Positions 29,127 through 36,879 of a stretch of 64,000 nucleotides of DNA are shown in pieces (the stretch's first letter is position 1; each line of letters opens with the position of its first letter). Below the pieces are notes generated by a model that saw only the letters and a program-made list of their open reading frames with translations, was not told where the DNA came from and did not search any database. The translations under genes were made by a program, and so were the position numbers. The stretch covers positions 1 through 64,000 of the IMG/VR virus record IMGVR_UViG_3300032284_002843. One strand, written 5' to 3'. Origin of the DNA: a virus.

Positions 29127-29755
29127 TGAAATTATCTGACGTTCCTATAAAAGTAGGTATTGCTGTTCCTTGTCGTGATCAACTACATAGCATGTTTGCT
29201 TATAGTTTAGCCAACATGATTCAATACAATAGTTATAATAAAATCAAATCACAATTGTATATGTTGTCTGGCAGTTTAATAGCTGATCAAAGACACAAAC
29301 TAGCATATCAATGTCAAATAGATGATTGCAGTCATATTTTATGGCTGGATAGTGATATGATGTTTCCTCAAAATACTACCGAAAAATTACTGCAACATAA
29401 CAAGGCGATTGTAGCTTGTAACTATAGCACTCGTAGCGAACCAAGAAAATCAGTAGCATATTATAAAGTGGGCGAATGGGATAACTGGTTAAACAGTAAA
29501 ACAGCACCCGAGACTTTAACCGAAATATCAGCAATAGGTATGGGCTGCATGCTTGTTGACATAAAAGTTTTCTCAAAAATGGATGATCCATATTTTGAGG
29601 TTTCCTATAATCGTGAATTGCAAGAATGGATCGGTGAAGATTTTTATTTTTGCCAAAAAGCCGCTGCTTTGGGTTATAAAATTCTAGTAGATAACAAACT
29701 CAGCATGGAAATATCTCATTTGGGAACAACAGCATTTACATTGAATAGCTTATAA
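29126..29755 (+). CDS. GT-A fold glycosyltransferase
   Basis: HILWLDSDM (DxD), GMGCML, GEDFYFC, H.G motifs. Confidence 0.85.
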   Translation: MKLSDVPIKVGIAVPCRDQLHSMFAYSLANMIQYNSYNKIKSQLYMLSGSLIADQRHKLAYQCQIDDCSHILWLDSDMMFPQNTTEKLLQHNKAIVACNYSTRSEPRKSVAYYKVGEWDNWLNSKTAPETLTEISAIGMGCMLVDIKVFSKMDDPYFEVSYNRELQEWIGEDFYFCQKAAALGYKILVDNKLSMEISHLGTTAFTLNSL

Positions 29756-29762
29756 ATAAATT

Positions 29763-30083
29763 ATGTCTGTTAAACCAATACTGAATGAACTAAATCCCAA
29801 TGCAGCACAAGATACCCAACTATACAAGGGTAATATTGGCGAAACATCAACCGGTACAATATTTTGCATCAATCGTGCCGAAGATCTTGATCTAATAAAT
29901 GTTGCGATAGTCAGTAATGGTAATGTGCTTACAGATAATTGTTATGTATGCTACAATACTTTTGCATACTATGGACAATCAATTTATCTGCAGCAAATAT
30001 ATCTCGGCAGCGAAGATTCGATAATTGTCGAAAGTCAAAACGGCACAACGACCTTTACATATACTGGGTATCAATATCCCTAA
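29763..30083 (+). CDS. Hypothetical late protein
   Basis: TATAAATA 4 nt before ATG. Confidence 0.65.
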   Translation: MSVKPILNELNPNAAQDTQLYKGNIGETSTGTIFCINRAEDLDLINVAIVSNGNVLTDNCYVCYNTFAYYGQSIYLQQIYLGSEDSIIVESQNGTTTFTYTGYQYP

Positions 30084-30301
30084 ATTATAGGTTTTCCATC
30101 AGAAATAAATTCTAGTAACCCTGTCTGGAAAATATAATAGCCGCGCCTGTGTTTCTTTTTTAATTCCATAATAAATCCTGTGGGCAATTCAACTTTAATT
30201 TCAGTTTCGTTTTTACTGAGAATCCAGCCTTTTACTTTTCGACAGGCATCTGTGCATTCAACATATACTCTATTTTTTTGAATAGTTGCTTTACGTCCCA
30301 T
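30080..30301 (-). CDS. Small hypothetical protein (paralog of 22303-22521)
   Basis: GGAG RBS before MGRKA; shared motif pattern. Confidence 0.6.
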   Translation of the reverse strand: MGRKATIQKNRVYVECTDACRKVKGWILSKNETEIKVELPTGFIMELKKKHRRGYYIFQTGLLEFISDGKPII

Positions 30302-30388
30302 TGACAACTCCAAATAATGGTAACAGCTCAAATTCATTATATTGGTATTTTATATAAATGGTCAATTTCACAAAATATAAATAAGCAT

Positions 30389-30928
30389 ATGAAACTACAA
30401 GAAATTTCCGAATCAAAAGATCGACTTCAACTAGAAGAGCTACCTTATAAAGTGTCCGCTTTAGAACCTGAGATGGACAAAAAAACTGTTGATTATCATT
30501 ACAACACATTATCCAAGGGATATGTTGATAGGTACAATAACGGCGAAGGCGATCCAGCCTTTAACAAGGCCGGTGCACAGCTACATAATGTTTGGTGGCC
30601 ACAATTAATGGCTCCAAAAATCACTAATAAACCCACAGGTAAAAGCCTGGCATTTATCGAAAAACATTATAATAGTTTTGAAGATTTTAGAGATACATTT
30701 AATGAGACTGCTAATAAGATTCAAGGTAGCGGATGGTGCTACCTTGCTAAAAATGGCGAAATTAAAATGATTCAAAATCATAAATGGAAAAATGACATAA
30801 TCCTATTAATTGATCTATGGGAGCATGCCTTTGATCCATTTGAAACAAGAAAAGAGTATCTCAAGAAAATCTGGCGTTTAATCAACTGGTCTGTTATTAA
30901 CGATAGATTAAACGCCAGTGCAGATTAA
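30389..30928 (+). CDS. sod: Fe/Mn superoxide dismutase
   Basis: LPY..ALEP, HY, LHN.WW, QGSGW, DLWEHA; start at MKLQE after TATAAATA. Confidence 0.9.
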   Translation: MKLQEISESKDRLQLEELPYKVSALEPEMDKKTVDYHYNTLSKGYVDRYNNGEGDPAFNKAGAQLHNVWWPQLMAPKITNKPTGKSLAFIEKHYNSFEDFRDTFNETANKIQGSGWCYLAKNGEIKMIQNHKWKNDIILLIDLWEHAFDPFETRKEYLKKIWRLINWSVINDRLNASAD

Positions 30929-32379
30929 GTATCTATAATAGATTCGAAGTCTTTAAGCCTCTGCGGACTTTTAAGTCTTTGCAGAGCCTTAGCTTCGATC
31001 TGCCTAACACGCTCTCTGGTAACATTAAACTTCTTACCAATCTCTTCAAGAGTTGATTCGTCCATTGTACCAATGCCAAATCGCATTCTAATCACACGTT
31101 CTTCACGTGGATTCAAGTGTGATAGAACATTACTGATGACCTTAGTAATGTCATCTTGGTTAATCTTTTCAATGGTATCCATTGAGGCAGTGTCCTCAAT
31201 ATAATTACCAATGTTACCTTCCTCTTCGTCGCCGACAGGTGTTTCAATGGAAATTGGATCCTTTGCAACCTGCAACATCTTTTTTACCTTATCCTCGTCC
31301 ATACCACAAATTACTGCAAGCTCGGCATCGCTGGGCTCATAGCCTTTTGTGTTTACATGGTCCTTGATTGCCTTGTTAATCTTTTTAATAGCATCAATTA
31401 CATGGCTAGGAACTCGAATAATTTTATTCTGCTCGGTTGTAGCCTTGATAATGGCCTGCCTAATCCACCATGTAGCATAAGTGGAGAATCTATAGCCAAG
31501 CTGCCACTTAAACTTTTCAACAGCCTTTATCAAACCAATATTACCTTCTTGAACCAAATCAAGAATAGTTGTTGGATTGTTTTGATTGTATCTTTTAGCA
31601 ATGCTAACCACCAACCGCAAATTGCTGGTTACCATTCGTTGAATAGCCTCTTCTTTAACCTTGGCATGTCTACGTAGGTCTTTGACAACTTGGCGCAGTT
31701 CTTTTACTGTCATACCAGTTTTAGATTCAATTTCAGAAATCTTAATGTCACATTCTGCAATTTTAGCACCGTGTTTTGCCATAAGACTCTTGAACGTACT
31801 CTTTTCTTGAGCATAGAGATATGCTAGATTATCATTTTGCATATACAATGACAACCATTCTAAACGTTCAATTCCACAAGACTCGGCTAATCTTACCAAT
31901 TCACCATCTATGCTGGTCACTTGTCTGTTGTAAGCAATAACTTGATCCATTAAATGCGTGAGACTAGCGGGATTCAGCGGCAAATCGTTAAAAGCAGTAG
32001 TAAGCTGCTGTTTAATCTCAATATCACTAATATTCAAACGATATTGTTCGCAAAGAGTCTTAACTTTAATAAGTTGATCATTAAACTCCGTAGGAATAGT
32101 TTCATCGGCAGACAATTCAATATCAAATCTATCAACTGCATCCTGTGTGCTAGCCAACGCAGACTCAATCCAAGATGTCACAGTGTTAATAGTCAACGGG
32201 ATACCAAACAACCTATCAATGATAGCCTGTTTAGCCTGTTCAATGGTTTGACTAATTTCAATTTCTTGTTTATGCGTAAGCAGAGGTGCTTTGCCTACGT
32301 CTCTCAAATAAAGTTTTACTGGATCTTGATAGCCTTCTGTGTTTTTTACAGTCTTTTTCTGTTCTTTTGAACTACTCAT
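30925..32379 (-). CDS. rpoD: RpoD-type primary sigma70 factor (no region 1.1)
   Basis: DPVKLYLRDVG, NLRLVVSIAKRY, DLVQEGNIGLIKAVEKF, FSTYATWWIRQAI, TLEEIG..FNVTRERVRQIEAKAL. Confidence 0.95.
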   Translation of the reverse strand: MSSSKEQKKTVKNTEGYQDPVKLYLRDVGKAPLLTHKQEIEISQTIEQAKQAIIDRLFGIPLTINTVTSWIESALASTQDAVDRFDIELSADETIPTEFNDQLIKVKTLCEQYRLNISDIEIKQQLTTAFNDLPLNPASLTHLMDQVIAYNRQVTSIDGELVRLAESCGIERLEWLSLYMQNDNLAYLYAQEKSTFKSLMAKHGAKIAECDIKISEIESKTGMTVKELRQVVKDLRRHAKVKEEAIQRMVTSNLRLVVSIAKRYNQNNPTTILDLVQEGNIGLIKAVEKFKWQLGYRFSTYATWWIRQAIIKATTEQNKIIRVPSHVIDAIKKINKAIKDHVNTKGYEPSDAELAVICGMDEDKVKKMLQVAKDPISIETPVGDEEEGNIGNYIEDTASMDTIEKINQDDITKVISNVLSHLNPREERVIRMRFGIGTMDESTLEEIGKKFNVTRERVRQIEAKALQRLKSPQRLKDFESIIDT

Positions 32380-32388
32380 TTCATACTC

Positions 32389-32956
32389 CTATACAATGTC
32401 AGCTACAGTAGCAGATTCTGTATTGTTGTCAAGTGGATATTTGACTTGTTTATCTCGTATTCTTTTAACCAACTCATCATGCTCTATTGGCGTATAATCT
32501 ATCTGCTCAACAGATACATTGAAATATTTTCCATGTTCAATTTCCAATGCATGAATATGTCCATGTACATTAGCCAATGCCCAATGAGGTACACTGTCAA
32601 TATGAACAGGAATATGAGTCAGCCACAATTTATCAACCTTCATACTTCCATGTATGCGATTAAAGTATTTCAAATAATCATTGTGATCAAAAATATCATG
32701 ATTGCCCATGATGAGACGCTTATCGCCATTCAATCTACCAAGTGTTGATAGAAAACGTCTGTTGATAACAACATCACCAAGATGATAAACCTTATCATCT
32801 GGACGTACAACATTGTTCCAACGTTGTACCATAATTTCGTCTACCTCTGCTGCACAGCTAAATGGTCTTAGAGGACTGCCATCTGGTCTCTTAAAAACCG
32901 TGCAGCACTTATCATGACCGAAAGTGTGTATCACTAACGTAGAAAATATTTCTCAT
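32389..32956 (-). CDS. Calcineurin-like metallophosphoesterase; requires +1 frameshift near codon 12
   Basis: AGGAGG RBS, MRNIFYVSDTHF then +1 frame GH...HLGD...GNHD...HIP...HGHIH; length 3n+1. Confidence 0.8.
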
Positions 32957-33782
32957 AGTGATGCCTCCTTTCTGTTATAAACTTTACACATATATCTTGT
33001 TCTATCCATTCTTTATTATAATTAAGTATTTTATCAAACAAATCAATGATTATTTTGATCTTTTTTTCTTGAGTTAGCTTACGATCTGTATAACCTTTCT
33101 GTATATTATTCCTATTTGAAATAAATTGTAGATTTGCCGGATGACGTAAAATTTCAGGTATAACATTAAACTCGTATCCAACTAATCGTGGTACAATATG
33201 ATCTCTAACATATCCATGTCTGTTTTTAAAAGAAAAAAATCCATAGCTATTAAGGCTAGTTATTTCTTCTTCTGTAAAAAAATCAACCATTGAGCCAATC
33301 CAGTTTGATCGAGTATGATATATTTCATATTCCGATTTCTCATTTATAGGAATCCAATATCCTAAATCTTCCATCTTTTGTCTAAATTTTATTTTATATT
33401 CATCTGTCCATTTATCTTTTGATTTTTGCCCAATAATTTTCTTTAACTCATGTGAATGAGGATGAGAATAACTTTCTTTCGTTCTATTTTTATGCATTTT
33501 TTCGACAACATCTTTAGGTAGCTGTTTCCCTCTATTTGCAGACCCAGATTTGTAACGATATTCATCATTAACAGTTGCTTTGACTAGAAAACTTTGTTTA
33601 GCTTTTTGTTCATCATTCCATTTATTGGCAAAGTTAGGATTATTTGAACCTACAAAATTTATAGAATGGGCGACACCCTTACATTTCCTAGAACAATACT
33701 TTGGCGGGCTAACGCCAATTTTGTTTGACCTATAAGTTGTTTTTTCTATGCCACAGATAGAACAAATATATGTTATTTTCAT
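32934..33782 (-). mobile_element. HNH-type homing endonuclease (same family as 22677-23231)
   Basis: C..C...KYCSRKC; GSNNPNF; VRDHIVP...IPEILRHPANLQ...N..KG. Confidence 0.7.
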
Positions 33783-33789
33783 AGAGATA

Positions 33790-33813
33790 CCTCCTAGATA
33801 TTTACCTAGGAGG
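33790..33813 (-). promoter_or_regulatory. RBS-sequestering hairpin with late promoter TAAATA in loop
   Basis: cctcctag-atatttac-ctaggagg; AGGAGG is in the stem. Confidence 0.75.
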
Positions 33814-33843
33814 CATGTTCAAAATGGGTATCAGTTATAAAAA

Positions 33844-34026
33844 TTATGCAGCGTCGCCGTTTTTCTTAGCCTGTATCTCAGCTCTACGTGCCTTACTTAG
33901 CTTACCAAGTGCTCCTAGTGCCTTTCTGGCTCTGCTAGCAGCGGCCTTGACGCCTTTTTCTTCAAACTTAGCATGTTCTTCTAAATAAGCATTAAATTGA
34001 GCAACGATTTCTTCATGTGTACTCAT
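33844..34026 (-). CDS. Small basic histone-like (Hc1-type) protein
   Basis: KFEEKGVKAAASRARKAL...RAEIQ; AAGGAG RBS. Confidence 0.7.
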   Translation of the reverse strand: MSTHEEIVAQFNAYLEEHAKFEEKGVKAAASRARKALGALGKLSKARRAEIQAKKNGDAA

Positions 34027-34027
34027 A

Positions 34028-34174
34028 TTATTCTCCTTTAAATTCTTTCTTAAACTTTTCAATTATCGCTTGTGCCTCAGTTGGACTTAAATTTCCAACA
34101 TCTATGTACCAAACCTTACGTTCAGGGATAACATCAGTTGTTTGGTTATCCAAATTAATATTTTGATCAGTCAT
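34028..34174 (-). CDS. 48-aa mini-protein resembling a T4 gp20 portal segment (not in ORF track)
   Basis: MTDQNINLDNQTTDVIPERKVWYIDVGNLSPTEAQAIIEKFKKEFKGE; GGGGG RBS; TTGCAT-N17-TAGAAT promoter (34193-34221). Confidence 0.65.
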   Translation of the reverse strand: MTDQNINLDNQTTDVIPERKVWYIDVGNLSPTEAQAIIEKFKKEFKGE

Positions 34175-34223
34175 GTTTACCCCCAGTTTTATATTCTAAT
34201 AATCATTTAGAAAAAATGCAATT

Positions 34224-34715
34224 TTATTGCTGATTCTTAATTTGAGCTATTTGAGCTATTTGAGCTTGGCCTCTAGTCCAGGCCGCAATACCTAAAATAA
34301 ATCCAAATGCGATATGTATAAATCCATTTTCTTTTAATGTAATAGGATTCCAATATTGTTCTTTGGTTAAGATTTGAAGTGCCATTACTTGATCTTTTTC
34401 TGGCATTTTTCTCGCAAGCTCAATGGCTTCAACTGGTTTTACAGTGGTCTTTTCAACCCATACTGGCATAACAATGAAATCAAATATGCATATTGCCATA
34501 TAAACAAATGCCATAGCTGGACGCCAATATTGTTTCATCCAACCTTCTTCTTGTTGGTCAATACCGCTGTCTACAATCTTTTTATCTATACCTGCCTGTG
34601 CTAATCCAACTTGCGCTTGTGCTTGTGCTGCAGCAGGATTTTGTGTGGCAACTATTACCTGAGGTCCATTATTCAAATTGACCTGTGTATCTATAGGTTC
34701 GTTATTTTCTGGCAT
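34224..34715 (-). CDS. Putative holin (3TM-holin-like)
   Basis: WRPAMAFVYM.IC.FDF..P and HIAFG.ILG..AW TM segments; follows spanins. Confidence 0.6.
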   Translation of the reverse strand: MPENNEPIDTQVNLNNGPQVIVATQNPAAAQAQAQVGLAQAGIDKKIVDSGIDQQEEGWMKQYWRPAMAFVYMAICIFDFIVMPVWVEKTTVKPVEAIELARKMPEKDQVMALQILTKEQYWNPITLKENGFIHIAFGFILGIAAWTRGQAQIAQIAQIKNQQ

Positions 34716-34750
34716 GTGTCATTACCTAATATATTAGTATTTAATGACAC
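34716..34750 (-). promoter_or_regulatory. Hairpin over holin translation start with embedded late promoter
   Basis: gtgtcatta (34716-24) / taatgacac (34742-50); tattta 34738-43. Confidence 0.55.
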
Positions 34751-34772
34751 CGTGGATTTTTAAAAGTGTGTT

Positions 34773-35105
34773 TTAATTCTTGGTAATATTTTTGTAATAA
34801 ACAATAATTGCCTTTTGCTGTTCTATGTATCTCTTTAAATCAGCAAAATCAATCATTAATGCTTGATAATCCTCTGGACTAATAGCGATAATTGTAAATC
34901 GTCCATTGTTATTTTTACCTAATTCAGCAATAATTTGATTTACATTCTGTTCATTAATGATTTTCCAAGCAGGTGTAGCCATTTTTACAGGAGCAGGATC
35001 TGCTGGCTGAGACCAATTAACGTTAACAGGTTTTGTCTCTACATCTAGGGTTTCGGCACAGGCTGCAAGTAATAATAGGCTACCTAGACAAAATAATTTT
35101 TTCAT
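34773..35105 (-). CDS. Putative o-spanin (lipoprotein)
   Basis: Lipobox LLLAAC; overlaps upstream i-spanin. Confidence 0.7.
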   Translation of the reverse strand: MKKLFCLGSLLLLAACAETLDVETKPVNVNWSQPADPAPVKMATPAWKIINEQNVNQIIAELGKNNNGRFTIIAISPEDYQALMIDFADLKRYIEQQKAIIVYYKNITKN

Positions 35106-35509
35106 TTTTTTGCCTTATCTTGATCTGGTTGTGTTGCAGATTCAATACCACCAAATATAGCCTGAGTATCTTGTTGCATTTGTTGTTCTGTGGCTTGAAT
35201 ATTTTGACTGGCTTGAACAGGAATATTTGTTTTCATTATATTCCTAACCGTGTTTGTATAACTGCTATTAGATGCATTTTGTCTAAGCTGCAAGTCTAAT
35301 ATTGCAGCATTTTGCTTAACCGCTGCTTCTTGTAAGCCAGCAATGGTTTCTTTTTGTATTTTAACAGCATCTTCCAGTTTGGCATTGTTCTGTTCCAAAA
35401 CTTTTATTTGATTTTGGCTCCAATCCCAATAGAAATAGCCTGCTATACCTAATAGCGCAATTACAATACCTAAAGCTAAAATTATTTTAGATTCAATGGA
35501 TGAAAACAT
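35102..35509 (-). CDS. Putative i-spanin
   Basis: N-terminal TM followed by coiled coil. Confidence 0.7.
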   Translation of the reverse strand: MFSSIESKIILALGIVIALLGIAGYFYWDWSQNQIKVLEQNNAKLEDAVKIQKETIAGLQEAAVKQNAAILDLQLRQNASNSSYTNTVRNIMKTNIPVQASQNIQATEQQMQQDTQAIFGGIESATQPDQDKAKK

Positions 35510-35522
35510 ACACTATTTAGTA

Positions 35523-35780
35523 TTAATTATCATCATTTTTTACCAATTTTAGCATGGCCTGATAACATTCATATTGTGTAGCTACGGCTGGATTTTCTGC
35601 TCTAATCTTGGCTTCTGCTTCCATTTGTGTTTTATACTTTCTTACCCAATCAATAGCAGAGACGATATCGTTGTTAACAGTAATGTTCACCCGCGTTTTG
35701 TCGTAATCATTACTGGTGTGAATATAAAACCAATCATGCGGATACACATCTACTATTGTTCTGTTCACAAATTCAACCAT
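35523..35780 (-). CDS. Hypothetical protein
   Basis: GGAGG RBS before MVEFVN. Confidence 0.6.
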   Translation of the reverse strand: MVEFVNRTIVDVYPHDWFYIHTSNDYDKTRVNITVNNDIVSAIDWVRKYKTQMEAEAKIRAENPAVATQYECYQAMLKLVKNDDN

Positions 35781-36021
35781 TGGACCTCCATATTGATAAT
35801 TTATCTGCTTGTTCTTTTGTCTTAATACTATAAAAACTTTCGGCATAAGCAAGATTCAACAATACCATATGATCAGTATTATATATTTCGCAAATATGTC
35901 CAATAGATCCTGGTCCGTATGTCGAACGAAGAAACGGACTGTGTCTAATCTTATGCTGTTTGATAAAAATTCTTATGTCATTCAAATTTGAATGTATAAA
36001 AATTACATGTTTAGTCTTCAT
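35773..36021 (-). CDS. Hypothetical protein
   Basis: Start re-placed at MKTKH, overlapping upstream stop. Confidence 0.5.
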   Translation of the reverse strand: MKTKHVIFIHSNLNDIRIFIKQHKIRHSPFLRSTYGPGSIGHICEIYNTDHMVLLNLAYAESFYSIKTKEQADKLSIWRSNG

Positions 36022-36661
36022 CTGTCCAGTCACTTTCATCTGCCTCCTCGATATGTTCGTCACCGTCACCTATATAATCATTCTTACCAGTAAACCAGCC
36101 AATCAGGGGTTTCAAAGCTGATTTAGCCTTAGCCAACATCTGCTGTTCCTTTTCATCATACCATTTATAATAATCTTCATTGCTTTGCAATATCCTGTAT
36201 TCATTATGATACGAAAAGCTTAACAGTGCTGCATCTTCTTTAGTAAAAATATCACATATATAGAACTCTGTGCCACACCCACCTGTTATCTTTCGAATCT
36301 TGCTATAACGCATACTTTGCTGGTCCATGTACTGTTTCATAGATGCTAAGTTTCCATGAATCAACAACCTAGCATAAGGCCCTTCAGATTTTTTTAGCCG
36401 TTCCCTATCCTCCTTGGTCAACGGCCGCAGCTCTGCTTCATTGTCGTCATTGATTGTAAGCAAACAATGTTTAAATTTGATGCTACCTTTGGTGTGGGGA
36501 TTATCACTTGTTTCTTTGGTACTCCACGGAATATTGGCATCAAGATGATTAATGTAAAAAGATTTTCCATTTGCCTTAATCGTCCACATAGGAATACTCG
36601 GATCCTCTAGGTGTTTCTTGTTAAAGTGGAAAACTGCTGTATCACATGCTAATTCAACCAT
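36011..36661 (-). CDS. Hypothetical protein, first gene downstream of the putative amber attenuator
   Basis: AAGGAG RBS; 216 aa. Confidence 0.75.
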   Translation of the reverse strand: MVELACDTAVFHFNKKHLEDPSIPMWTIKANGKSFYINHLDANIPWSTKETSDNPHTKGSIKFKHCLLTINDDNEAELRPLTKEDRERLKKSEGPYARLLIHGNLASMKQYMDQQSMRYSKIRKITGGCGTEFYICDIFTKEDAALLSFSYHNEYRILQSNEDYYKWYDEKEQQMLAKAKSALKPLIGWFTGKNDYIGDGDEHIEEADESDWTDED

Positions 36662-36678
36662 TTGTTTCTCCTTTCATG

Positions 36679-36777
36679 TTAAAAATGGCCAACAAAAAAC
36701 CTGCAAGGCGAATAGCCGTGCAGGTTCATCAAAATCAAACTAAAATAAATTAAAACCTAGTGCTCTTTTAACATCAT
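36679..36777 (-). promoter_or_regulatory. Leader mini-ORF with in-frame UAG (codon 7) whose readthrough spans a terminator
   Basis: ATG ATG TTA AAA GAG CAC TAG GTT...CAT TTT TAA; TAAATA 5 nt upstream (36783-88). Confidence 0.6.
36692..36726 (-). terminator. Intrinsic terminator within the leader ORF
   Basis: AACCTGCA-cGGC-tattc-GCCt-TGCAGGTT followed by TTTTGTT. Confidence 0.8.
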
Positions 36778-36791
36778 AATCCTATTTAGTT

Positions 36792-36865
36792 TGGTGCTTC
36801 GTGTGAGATTTGAACTCACCTTCGCAGTTTTAGAGACTGCTGGTCCGCCACTGACCCAACGAAGC
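36792..36865 (-). tRNA. Amber suppressor tRNA (anticodon CUA)
   Basis: GCTTCGT/ACGAAGC acceptor, A73-CCA; D stem GGTC/GACC; GCAGT-CT CTA AA-ACTGC; GTGAG-TTCAAAT-CTCAC. Confidence 0.9.
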
Positions 36866-36879
36866 GTATTGTTAATATA

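Noticed and set aside
32380-32391. In-frame TAG junction that would fuse the phosphoesterase to RpoD on amber suppression
   Set aside because: TAGGAG doubles as the RpoD Shine-Dalgarno and in-frame spacing has a 1-in-3 chance; no supporting evidence.
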